Shown: positions 20,889-32,000, counted from the stretch's first letter. The stretch is DNA of 38,487 bases from Planctomycetota bacterium (GCA_027622115.1 JAQBZS010000001.1:1-38487); one strand, 5' to 3'. The notes: generated from the sequence alone by a model not told the origin. Numbers and translations are program-made.

Positions 20889-21617
20889 TCACTCAAGCAC
20901 CATCTCGCAATAAGACAGCAGACCGAGCGACTTCAGTTCGCGGCGCACATCCGCATCCTCGTCCGCTCCCAGCGTTTCGCGAACGACTTGCACCAGAATT
21001 CGCGCGTATTTCATGCGGGCTCGGGCGAGTGTCTTGCGAAAGGTCGCAGACGTCATTTCGCAGCCCAAGGCGTGTTCTACTTGGGAGACCAGTTCGGCCG
21101 CCGGAGTCTCTGGCGACTCGACTCGCGCCAAGAGAACGGCATAGTAACGCGCGTTGCCTTCTTCCAGGCGGTCCCAAGTCACCGTAAGCAAATGGTCGTG
21201 GATACACTCCTCAAACGATTTTGGAGCGCTGGGAGTCTCCGTTCCCGGATCAACCAGTTCTCCGTGCTCGGCGAACTGCTCAGGTGACCGTTGCTTCATG
21301 CGAAAGTGGTCGTTGACCAAATTGATGAGCACTCGCTTGAGATAATCACGAAATCGACCGTGGTCCGGGCTTGCCTTCCGGAAGTCGCCGCGCAACAGCC
21401 GCAGCGCGAACTCGTGCGACAAGTCTTCGGCCGTTTCTTCGTGTCTCACAGCACCGAGCAAATAGCGGAAGACTGGACCGATGTAATGACCAAGCACCGC
21501 GTTCCGAATCACGCCCGCTTCGATCGTGTTGTCGCCGTGCGCCTTCGCGATCATCGACCAGTGGGTTTCGATGCGCCCCAACCACGAACTTTTACTTTGC
21601 GTTGCGGTTTCGGTCAT
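20889..21617 (-). CDS. ECF-type RNA polymerase sigma factor (planctomycete kinase-associated type)
   Basis: ETHWS N-terminal motif, YIGPVFRYL, AEDLSHEF, GRFRDYLK (sigma2), FRKTLARAR (sigma4). Confidence 0.85.
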   Translation of the reverse strand: MTETATQSKSSWLGRIETHWSMIAKAHGDNTIEAGVIRNAVLGHYIGPVFRYLLGAVRHEETAEDLSHEFALRLLRGDFRKASPDHGRFRDYLKRVLINLVNDHFRMKQRSPEQFAEHGELVDPGTETPSAPKSFEECIHDHLLTVTWDRLEEGNARYYAVLLARVESPETPAAELVSQVEHALGCEMTSATFRKTLARARMKYARILVQVVRETLGADEDADVRRELKSLGLLSYCEMVLE

Positions 21618-21970
21618 GCAAGTGCTTGTCTGGAAAGAAACTGTTCGCTCGCTCGCGCTGGTCCACCAGAACAAATCATTCGCCCCCATTGCAAGTGTAG
21701 ACGCTGTCGCACGCGGCTTGTTACACCGGCTGCTTTTTTTGTTCCTGGATTTGTTTCTTTCGAACACGCACGCATCTCATGTGTAAAGCCGGCTTAACGC
21801 TCGAAGAGGTGTTGAAGTCGCACAAACCGTGGGATTGGGACAATCGATTCGACCGGCGGCAACTTGCGAGCGCACGACTCTGCAAGAAGTGATTCAGGGT
21901 GTCACGGGTTCCGTACAAGAAGCGTGGGCGACTAACTCATGCTTCAAGTCGGTGACCTGTGGGGCCTGTC

Positions 21971-24900
21971 ATGCTGCTGAGATCTTGGATCGATTCCCTC
22001 TCATCGCGCTCGACTAAGAGACGAAAACTCAGAAGTTCCTTTGCCGCGGCGCTGCAGTCATTGGAATCGCGAATCCTGTTGAGCGCCGCCAATCCGCTCG
22101 ACCTGTCGACGCTCGACGGGGTTAACGGCTCTCGAATCCAGAACAGCGAATTTGGGCTCGGCAGCCCGATTAGCACCGCCGGCGACGTGAACGGTGATGG
22201 ATTCGGCGATGTCATTGTTGAGTCGTTTAATGGCGTGCATGTCGTCTTCGGTGATGCCAACGGTTTGGGCGCGTCGATCGACACGTCGAATCTCGCCGTG
22301 GCCGACGGCTTCACGATTCTGAACGCGAATGCCGACGACCTCGCGACAGCGGACATCAACGGCGACGGGTTAAGTGACATCGTGATCGGCCAACCGTTTG
22401 GGTCTAACGAAGGCCGAGCGGTGGTGGTCTTCGGCAAGTCCACGCCCTTCGCGGCCACGCTCGATGTCAACGCGATCACCGCGGCAGACGGGTTCTTCAT
22501 CAACGGCGAAACCGCAAACAGCCGCTTCGCACGCAGCGTGGCATCGGCAGGAGACGTCAACGCCGACGGCTTCGAAGATTTGATGCTCGGCTCGCAAGAC
22601 GCGACCGCCACGGTGACGATCGTGTTCGGTTCAGACGCCGGATTCGGGACGGCATTCGACATCGCCAACATCGACGGCACGAACGGATTCCACGTGCGGT
22701 CCGAACTGAACTCTCCTTTCTCGGCGATCAGTTCCGCCGGTGATTTCAACGGTGATGGCACGGACGACATAGTGTTCAGCCGCATCGGTGCCGGCTCGTT
22801 CGTCTTCGGCCGGACGACCGCATTTCCCGACGTCATTAATGTGGGTTCGTTTGGTTCATTGACCGGAGATCTTGACGGGACAACCGGCTTCCGTACGTCG
22901 CTGCCGACCAACATCGGCTTCAGTGTCGCCAGCGCGGGCGACGTCAACGGCGACGGCTTCGATGATGTGCTCTTCGGGACTAGCAACGCCAGCGCCGGCG
23001 TTAGTCTGTTGTTTGGGAGCAGTGCCGAGCGAAGCAACTTCGAGTTCTTTCCCGCCAACAACGCCGCAGCGGCGATTCAGCTAACCACACCGGCGAGTGA
23101 GCAACTTGGCTTCGCCGTCGCGGGAATCGGTGATGTGAATGGCGATAGTCTCAGCGACTTCGCGCTGGGTGCTCCCACCGGCGGCCGCGTTTACACGGTC
23201 TTCGGGTCGACGACTGCATTCCCAGTTGCGTTCGACCTGAGCACTCTGGATGGCGACAACAGCTTTCGAGCGGACAGTGCCGACGGCAGCGTTGGACGCG
23301 AGCTTGCCCCGGCCGTCGATGTGAACGGCGACGGCTTCGACGACTTTCTGCTGGGCACGTCGGGCAACGCCTACGTCGTGCATGGCGGCAATTTCACCGA
23401 TTCCGTCACGCACTTGGGCGATGGCGACTCAAACGTACTCACGGGGAATGCCAACGCGAATATCCTGAACGGGGCTCAGGCAGACGATTTGCTCATCGGC
23501 AACGGGGGGGCCGACGTGTTTAAGGGCGGTGCCGGTGACGACACGTTTAGCGTCCCCGATCTCAACTTTGCGCGAATCGAAGGCGACAACGGCACGGACA
23601 GGCTCAGTTTCACCGGCACGAGCCTCACGCTGGACCTCACCAACGGAGTCTTCGGCAGGTTGGACAGCGTTGAAGCCATCGCGCTGACGGGCGGTGGCGA
23701 TAACACGCTGATCATCACCGACCAGCAGGTGCTCGGCCTGTCACCCGAATCCAACAGTGTCACGGTTCTCGGCAACGCCGGCGACGTCGTGCATCGCGGA
23801 ACCGGTTGGACGCCGGGTGAAGTGGTTGACATTGGCGGCCAGCAATTCCGCGTCTATTCGCAGGGGTCCGCTGAGTTGCTGATCCAAGTGGGTGTGGCAA
23901 CGGATGAACTCGAGCCGCCGTCGGACATCGTGCTCAGCGCGAACTACATCAACGAGTCGCGTGCCGAGGGTTCGCAAATCGCAACGCTGTCCGCAGTTGA
24001 CGGAAACAATGGTGAGACGCACACCTTCGAGTCGCTCGATGATGCCGGCGGCGTGTTCTCCGTGAGCGGCGATCGGCTCGTGCTGGCGGACGCGAGCGGG
24101 TTGGACAAGGAGACGGGTCCGGCGAGTTACACGATCCGGCTGCGAGCTACGGACAACAACGGACTCCCGCGCGACAAGACCGTGACGATCGAAGTTGTGG
24201 ATTCGTTTCTCGACGACAGCTTTGACTTCGGCAACTTGCACGCGACGAACGGCTTCAGCTTTAAGGGTGAGGATGGAAGCGGCACCGGCACGACGATGTC
24301 CGAAGGCGACGTCAAAACGACGGCCAGCCCGATCTGGTGATCGGTGCCCCGTTTGCCGGCGCGAATGGCGAAGGCCAGGTGTATGTCGTGTTCGGGTCGA
24401 CTTCGGTGACATCGTCGAACCTCACGCCCGCCGATTTGAACGGCACGAACGGACTGCTCATTAACGCTGCGAACGCGGGTGACAACCTTGGCTATGTCGA
24501 TGTCGTGGGTGACATGAACGGCGACGGCATCCCGGAGCTGTTGCTCGGAGCGGGCAAAGCCACGACGACCGTGCCGCGCGGTGGTTCGACGTATCTGGTG
24601 TGGGGCGGTGCCAACCTCACGAACCTCGACGCAGCAGACGGCACCACGGACGGTGTGCTGTCACTCGCCAACTTCAACGCGACGTTCGGCTACCGCATCG
24701 ACGGCGTGGCGTCCGGATTCGAATTCTCGACCGAACCGGCGCTCAGCGTGCGCGGCTTGGGCGACATCAACGGCGACACGATCGCCGACATCGCCATCGG
24801 TTCGCCCAACCACGATCGCATCGGTCTCAACGACGTCGGTCAAGTGAATCTGATCTTCGGCGGCGCTGTGAATCTCGGTTTGATCGACGCAGCGGATGGA

Positions 24901-25486
24901 GCGGAAGACGGCGTCATCTCCGTCGACAGCATCGACGAGACGACCGGCCTGCGTCTCGAAGGCATCGCGGCCGGCGACTCGACCGGAGTCAGCGTGGCGA
25001 ACGGCGGCGACATCAACGGAGACGGCTCGGCGGACATCGTGATCTCCGCTCCGTTCGCGTCACCGGGCGGAATCAACGCTGCCGGCGAAGTATTCATCGT
25101 GTTCGGCGGCGCGGCGAACTTGAACGCACTCAACGACGCGGACGGGACGCGCGATGCACTCGCACCGCTTACGGCGCTCAACGGCACGACCGGCTACCGA
25201 ATCCAGGGCGACGGTGCAAACGGGCTGTTGGGATTCAATCTCAGCGGTACAGCGGACATCGATGAGGACGGAAACACCGATGTCGCCGTCTATTCGGCCG
25301 CCGGTAACGGCAAAGGGGCGGTTTATCTCGGCGGTGGCTTGGCCGGCCAGGATGAAGCGAATGGATCGATCGACGGCGTGATTTCCCTGGCAGCAATTCC
25401 ACAGCCGAGCCCGAGAGTGCATTCGCCCAGCGGACACAATCCGAACGAAGTCTTCGTCTTGGACGGCGAATCGGACAACAAAGTTC
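21971..25486 (+). pseudogene. Large FG-GAP/integrin-like repeat surface protein with RTX Ca-binding repeats and a cadherin domain; frameshift at ~24314 and 3' end cut by an IS
   Basis: LESRILLSA planctomycete extracellular motif; many AGDVNGDGFDD repeats; GNGGADVFKGGAGDD; cadherin-like LDKE..YTIRLRATD; GDV-(frameshift)-NDGQPDLVIGAP; reading frame runs into the IS left end. Confidence 0.82.
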
Positions 25487-26877
25487 CTGACCCTACCGTT
25501 TTCTATGTGCTGAGAAATCCGGGTCGGCCTCTGGGGCAAAACTGCTCATCATTCCGTTTTCGTACCAAGGAAAATGGAGGACGAGCATGGAAGCTCAGCG
25601 GCAAACCCGGACGTGTGATCGTAATCGACCAGAACCCAATGAAGAAAACCCCACACCCAAGGGCGCACGCCAGATCGTCGTCCCCATGACACAAGACATC
25701 TACAACCGACTTTGGCGAGACCCCCAAAAACTCAGAGAACACCTCGACCCGATCATCAAGCAACTCCCCGAAATCTTCCCCAAAGGAACAAGCCAAGGAT
25801 ACCAGCTCCACGGACTGCTCCCCGAGTCAAAGAAGATGCCCGGCATCCAACTGCGGCAATTTCGAGTCGATGGCGTGGCCTACTCGCTGCGGCCAAGCTT
25901 TGTCTTTGCCTACATGACCGGCACTGTCGATGAACTCGAAGACGGATTGTTCTTGCTCTCGATGCGGAATCCCGCCTGGGTTGTCGCAAGGGTCTGCGGG
26001 AAAGATCCCATGTTTTGGCACCGCCACTTGGAACGCATGGGCCGCAATAGCCTGCTCGGCACGACCGTCCGGAGTGCCGACGCACTGCCACAGCATGGCG
26101 CTGCCGATGAACATCATCTCAAGTGGTGCGGCGAAAAGGGCTATTTGGCCATGATCGCCGCAGGCGGCTGCACCCTGGGAGCGGCGTTGACCGACTCGGT
26201 CGACGAAGAACACCTGACCGAGGCGTACGGCGTGTGCCGCGCTGAAGCCGCCGACGTCGACCCGAACTGGAAACTGCAAACCATGAACCTGGACGGCTTC
26301 GGAGCGACCCGCAACGCGATCAAGAAGCTCTTTTCGGGCGTGACCATGCTGCTGTGCTTTCTGCATGGCTTCTTGAAAATCCGAGATCGCAGCGGCAAGG
26401 ATCGCGAACTGCACCATCGTGTGTGGCGGGTCTACTGGTCCAAAACGAAACAGCAGTTTTCGCGTCGGCTGGGAGCGTTGAAACGCTGGGTGAAGACGCG
26501 AGACATGAAGCCGTCTGTATTGGAATACCTGAAGAAGCTGTACTCGAAGAAGGCGGAGTACCTGAAAAGCTATGACCATCCCGGCGCGTACCGGACGAGC
26601 AACCAGATTGACCGTCCCATGAACCGCGTACATCGCTTGCTGTACTCCAGCCGAGGTCTCCACGGTCACCAGGTTTCTTCCGAGCGTCGTCTTCGCGGAT
26701 TATGTTTGTTGGAAAACTACCGCCCGTTCGCTCGGCGGAGCGGCGAGACTCGACCGTACCAATGCCCCGCCGACCGACTCAACCAAGGAGCGTATGATGA
26801 CCACTGGCTCCACAACCTGCAGATTGCAGCTTCATTACAAGGGTTTCACCACAACACATAGAAAACGGTAGGGTCAG
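25487..26877 (+). mobile_element. Insertion sequence, ~1.4 kb, with 23-bp perfect terminal inverted repeats
   Basis: CTGACCCTACCGTTTTCTATGTG (25487-25509) and its reverse complement (26855-26877); extendable to 25479..26885 with one mismatch; encloses a single ORF. Confidence 0.88.
25587..26861 (+). CDS. Putative DDE-type transposase of unclear family
   Basis: Fills the IR-bounded element, with its stop inside the right IR; candidate catalytic ADEHH, NLDG, SNQIDR and a CFLH (CxxH) motif. Confidence 0.8.
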   Translation: MEAQRQTRTCDRNRPEPNEENPTPKGARQIVVPMTQDIYNRLWRDPQKLREHLDPIIKQLPEIFPKGTSQGYQLHGLLPESKKMPGIQLRQFRVDGVAYSLRPSFVFAYMTGTVDELEDGLFLLSMRNPAWVVARVCGKDPMFWHRHLERMGRNSLLGTTVRSADALPQHGAADEHHLKWCGEKGYLAMIAAGGCTLGAALTDSVDEEHLTEAYGVCRAEAADVDPNWKLQTMNLDGFGATRNAIKKLFSGVTMLLCFLHGFLKIRDRSGKDRELHHRVWRVYWSKTKQQFSRRLGALKRWVKTRDMKPSVLEYLKKLYSKKAEYLKSYDHPGAYRTSNQIDRPMNRVHRLLYSSRGLHGHQVSSERRLRGLCLLENYRPFARRSGETRPYQCPADRLNQGAYDDHWLHNLQIAASLQGFHHNT

Positions 26878-27055
26878 AAACTTTGAACCACCCGACCCCT
26901 TCCCCCTCCCCGAGTTCAAACCTGCTTGAACCGTTTCCCGTGTCAACCCGAGATTTTCAACACCCTACCGTGACCGCTCGGGACCAAGCTATGGTCGAGT
27001 CGGTCAGATGATCACATTGACCCAATCCAGTTTTATCCAATCGCGGACGCGGAAA

Positions 27056-29029
27056 ATGAGAATCGATGATCAAGTCGATGACCTTCGGAAGCAATTCGAC
27101 GGGGCCTGGAGGTCCGGTTTTCAGCCGAATCTTGCCGATTATCTGGCTCGGAGCCCGAAACACCTTCGAGAGGGTCTGTTTCAGCAGCTCTTGGAGGTGG
27201 AGTTGGAGTACCGGGCCAAGGCTGGTCGTGCAGTCGATTCGGGGGAATATCAACGGCAGTATCCGGAGTACGCCGACGCCGTCTCGCGGGGCTTCGACAA
27301 TTATAGGCGGCATATGGCGCATCAGGCTTCCGTCGCCGTTGGTGGTGGCGAGACGCAGGTCTGGAATTCAAACGGGGTGTATGGTGCCGCTCCCAGCCCA
27401 GCGGTTCCATCGAGTGCTGGTGCTTCTCCAGGGCAACACCCGCCCGAGTCCACGTTTATCGAATTCCCCGAGTTCGAGCGCCGCACGGAGCCACAGCGCG
27501 GCGAGCTTTCTGGCCGGCATCCAGAGTTGATCAACCGCTTTCAGGTGATCAAGAAATTGGGGGCCGGCAACTTTGGAAGCGTCTATTTGGCACACGATTC
27601 CAAGCTGAATCGGCAAGTGGCGATCAAAGTTGCGGAACTGCCCGAAGACGCTTCGCCGCTGGAATGCGAACGGCGTCTGCAAATGTTGAAGGGCGAGGCC
27701 AAGAAAGTGGCCAGCTTGGATGACGGCGGGATCGTGCCCGTTTACGAAATTGACGAGTGGAACGGCCGGCCCTATGTGGTTTCGAAGTACATCGACGGTT
27801 GCAATTTGTCGGAGTATTTGGCGTTAAACTCACTGACACATCACCAGATTGTGGAAATCGTTGAACGGGTGGCTCGGGCGGTCAATCACGCGCATGCCAA
27901 GGCTGTCGTCCACCAGGATCTCAAGCCGGCCAACATTTTGATTGATCGGCAGGGCCAGCCACACATCACGGATTTCGGGCTGGCGATTCATCAAACGGAA
28001 CGCCGTGCCATGAAGGGCAGGCGAGCCGGCAGCCCGCAATATATGTCGCCTGAACAGGTCCGCGCTGAAACGCACAAGATCGACGGTCGGACCGATGTCT
28101 GGAGCCTGGGAGTCATGCTGTATGGAATGCTGGCGGGCCGGCTGCCGTTTGATGAAAAGTCGACATCCGAAGTCTTCGCGGCAATCATGGACCACCAAAT
28201 CGTTCCGCCTCGCCAATTCAACGACGCGATTGACGAAAACTTGCAAGACATCGTCATGAAATGTTTGCAAGAAGACATCAACGACCGGTATTCCACGGCA
28301 AATGACTTGGCGGACGCCCTGCAAAAGTGGCGCACCGCAGGAACCGGGTCCAACGCGTGGAAATGGGTCATTCCATCCGTGGCCGTTGTGATGCTGACCG
28401 TGTTGGGCTGGTGGCTGAACAGTGATCCTCCACCCCAACCACCACCGGCACCACCCACGTCAGACCCCAACGTGACGCTGGATGTGACACGCGCGTTTTT
28501 TTCACCAACAAACGGTGAACGCGTATCGCAAACGTTCTCGGAAGCGACGGACGAGTTTTCGATCGAACTTGGCAACGACGTGCAGATCAAAGCCAAACTC
28601 GATCGACCGGCTTATGTTTATGTTCTCTGGATCGAAGCCGATGGCAGTGTCACGCCGATGTATCCCTGGCAAAACTTCAAATGGGATCAGCGTCCCGCGG
28701 ACAAGCTGGTGACCGAAATCACGTTGCCGGATGATCGAAGCGGATGGGAAGTTGGCGGCCCGCCGGGCATCGAAACGATCGTCCTGTTCGCTCGGGATGA
28801 GCCACTGCCGCGCGATTTCCATGCGGAACAGGAGCTTGGCAAGTTTCCGTCCATTCCGCTTCCGGAGACACTCAAGCGTCGCGGTCCGCGAAATCCGGAT
28901 CAACCCCGGCCTTTGCGCGTGATCGATGATGCAACTCGGCAGCGCGTGTTCGAAGACTCGTTGCGATCTGAGTTCCCCTACATCAAGTCGATCAGCTTTC
29001 CAAATCTGGGCACAACGCAACTCGAGTGA
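27056..29029 (+). CDS. Transmembrane Ser/Thr kinase (non-RD, HQD) with a C-terminal DUF4384-like extracytoplasmic domain
   Basis: GAGNFG, VAIK, HQDLKPAN, DFG, YMSPEQ; TM WVIPSVAVVMLTVLGWWL; AYVYVLWIEADGSVTPMYP and GPPGIETIVLFA resemble DUF4384; start 27056 or 27008. Confidence 0.87.
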   Translation: MRIDDQVDDLRKQFDGAWRSGFQPNLADYLARSPKHLREGLFQQLLEVELEYRAKAGRAVDSGEYQRQYPEYADAVSRGFDNYRRHMAHQASVAVGGGETQVWNSNGVYGAAPSPAVPSSAGASPGQHPPESTFIEFPEFERRTEPQRGELSGRHPELINRFQVIKKLGAGNFGSVYLAHDSKLNRQVAIKVAELPEDASPLECERRLQMLKGEAKKVASLDDGGIVPVYEIDEWNGRPYVVSKYIDGCNLSEYLALNSLTHHQIVEIVERVARAVNHAHAKAVVHQDLKPANILIDRQGQPHITDFGLAIHQTERRAMKGRRAGSPQYMSPEQVRAETHKIDGRTDVWSLGVMLYGMLAGRLPFDEKSTSEVFAAIMDHQIVPPRQFNDAIDENLQDIVMKCLQEDINDRYSTANDLADALQKWRTAGTGSNAWKWVIPSVAVVMLTVLGWWLNSDPPPQPPPAPPTSDPNVTLDVTRAFFSPTNGERVSQTFSEATDEFSIELGNDVQIKAKLDRPAYVYVLWIEADGSVTPMYPWQNFKWDQRPADKLVTEITLPDDRSGWEVGGPPGIETIVLFARDEPLPRDFHAEQELGKFPSIPLPETLKRRGPRNPDQPRPLRVIDDATRQRVFEDSLRSEFPYIKSISFPNLGTTQLE

Positions 29030-29065
29030 TCGGCGGTTCGCGTTGCCTGAACAACAGGAGAAACC

Positions 29066-32000
29066 ATGAACACGATACGAGTTCGCTTGTGTTGCGCGAT
29101 GGTGTGGCTTGTCCTCGGATGCGGTGATTCGACAAGCGAGAAGTCCGAGTCGATTCAGGCCAAAAACGAACATGGGAAGTCTGAACCCACAATTCCCGTC
29201 GCTTCCCGAAATCAAAGTCCAAGTGGCCCGGAATCAAGCCGACCTGCAGAACCGGCAATTCAGCAGCACCCCGCTCGACACGGTCAGTCACAGCCCAGCC
29301 CAGCGGTTGCCGATAATCCGCCGTTCGCTGCAAGGTCTGGGTCGGGCAGCGATGAAACGCGTCGCCGCGGGTCGAGAAACGATCAGGACGACGTTGCCGG
29401 AGCCGTTGAACGCGTGGAAGACATTGGCGTCGAGCGTCGAGCGATTTCCGATTCCTGGGTGCTCGACCATTTCTCAACGTTCAAACGGCAGGATTTGCCC
29501 GAGTTCATGCTCCCGGTGAAAGTCGCGTTGGCAGTCGTGGGTGAACTGCATCAACCCGGACAGATTGAAGTTCCCGTGGATACCGACCGAGACGGTCAAA
29601 CTGATGTGTGGGTGTACTACATCGGTGACCAGCCGGCCCTTGCCGAAACCGATCGATTCGACACCGGATGTCGGGATTTCCGCTACGACATCCGGACCGG
29701 CCAAGGCACGAGGAGTCTGTACTGGTTCACCGAATCGGCGATCGAACTGCCGATTGATGTTCCACCCGTATTGATCCCCGATGTCTACGACCTGTGTTGG
29801 AAATCGCCAGCCGGCAAGCTCGCCCGCACGCGGATCGCGGAACTGGCAAACCAAGTCTTGACGGATTTGCCAAGCAAGCTGGCACTGCTCGCGAAAGAGT
29901 CTCGACCCGAGGATATTGATGCGCGCGTCACGCAAAGTGCGGAGCACGCCACCGCGTTGATTCCGAAGCTCATGCGATTTCATCAGGAACAAGGGTTCGA
30001 GAAATCGCTTCGGCATCCGTGGGGCTTCGAGGTGAAGTACGTCGGATTCGATCTCGATCAAGATGCCGCAGGCAAGCAAGAAGTACTCGCCGGATTCTCG
30101 CCGTTGGGTGTTCACGAAATTCAATTCTACAAGACCGACTGGCACGTGGCCGACGATCTATTGGCGGATGTCACCCTGGATCGAGGCGAAATCCAGATGG
30201 TGGCCATCGAGGACCGGCATTACTTTCCGATCGACGAGTATTGGGTTCGAGCCGCGGCGGGAACCCGCGAGTCACTCGCGAAGCGATTCCTGGCACCGGC
30301 CGTGGAGGCCTGGCAATCCCACGACTGGTACCGTGCGGTGGCACTCATGAGACGCGCCACGCAATGTGCGGCCTTGTTGGGTGATCTGCAACTTGACTCG
30401 AAATCATTTCCGAAGGAATTCACCAGCCCGCCGCGCGGAGGCATCAAACACCAGCGGGCCAAACAGAACTGGATATTCGATGTCGCCGGCTTTCCCGCCG
30501 AGCAAGTCCTCGACGCAGCAACGCACCTGGCATGGGAACCCGACAAAAGTGCGACGAGTTCGATTCGCGAAATAGCAGGTTACAAGGCGACTCGGCGCGA
30601 GTACTCCGAGGCACTGGCCTGGTATCGCCTCTGCCTAAAATCGGCCAAGAAGACCAGCCAAGCCGTCATTCAAGTCAACGTCTTGGAGTCGATGAGCGAA
30701 ATCCATCGTCATCTCGGCAGCTACGACCAGGCACTGCAATGCTTGTTGGACGCCGGCGACCTGGAAGCATCTTTGTCGTACCAACGCGATCTCGTGAAAA
30801 ACCTGGGCGTGATGGGTGGCGATAGCGGCGACCCCGAAGCCATTGAACGCAACATGCACATGCGAACGCATTCGATGACGGTCAACCGAAGTGCGCGGCT
30901 CGCGATGATCGCGTCCATTCGAAACAGCCTGGGAGAACGCAACCGCGCGGAAGCTTTGCTGGCGGATGCCGAACGACTTGCTCATTCGGTCAAACACGGA
31001 TACCTCGAAGCGGACTTGTTGAACTTACGAGCGAAGTGGGATATCGCCGATCGCCAGTGGGACATTGCCGAGCAGCGGCTTAACCGCGCCATGCGACTCG
31101 TGGCCGATCAAATTGATAAGCAAGCGGCACACGATCGCGGCAAGCAACTGCTCGATTCCGGGCGAGCCATGCATCATTTTCAAGTGGTCGATCACCGCAT
31201 TGTGCTGGATGTGGGCATGTCGTCGAGGACCAGCCCGAATTCCTACCGTGCTTTGAGCGCTTCATTGATGGCACAACTTGCTCTAGCACGCAGCCAGGTT
31301 ACAGAAATCGAACCGGCCGAGGCCCGTCAATGGTTGACCACCGCCGTTAAATGGCAACGACAATCGCTGGATTGGAGCGAAGCAGCCCACGACCAATCGG
31401 GTGCGCTCGCCGGCCGACTGCATCTTGCGAACATCCTGGCCCGTCAAGGACAACTCGCGGCCGCCCGCGCCTTGAACGTCAAAGTGGTGCTACAGGCCGA
31501 ATCCGAAAGAGCCTTCGAACTCGTGTGGCAGTCACACGCCCTCAGTGGCCAAATCAGCGCCCAAGAAAACGACGTCCCCGCAGCGATCGCCGCCTACGAA
31601 CGCGCGGCGAAAGTTGTGGAACACGTTCGAGCGGGCATTCACAGCGAGTCGGTCCGTCGTGGAATCTTTGGTGCCAAATTGCAGGTCTATCAACAACTGG
31701 CATTGCTCTATTGGCGAGCACGCGAGACCGAGCCCGCTGACGCGCGGGGAGCGTTGGATCTGAAGATCTGGCAGTGCATGGAACGCTCCAAAGCGCGGAC
31801 GCTGCTCGACATGGTTGGCGGCCGACCGATGCGAGTCAAAGGAGACACGGTCGTGGCCGTGGCCAACAGCGATCCACGATTGCTCGATCCGTTGATCGGC
31901 CGGAAACGCAGTTTGCCACAACAGACTCCCGTTCTGGATGCACGTGCGAAACTCGACAGGCGCGAGTTGGCGTCGCTGACCAGTGTCGAGCCGGTCGATC

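Noticed and set aside
25487..25689. C-terminal tail of ORF 24337..25689 as part of the adhesin
   Set aside because: It is read-through into IS sequence beyond the left inverted repeat
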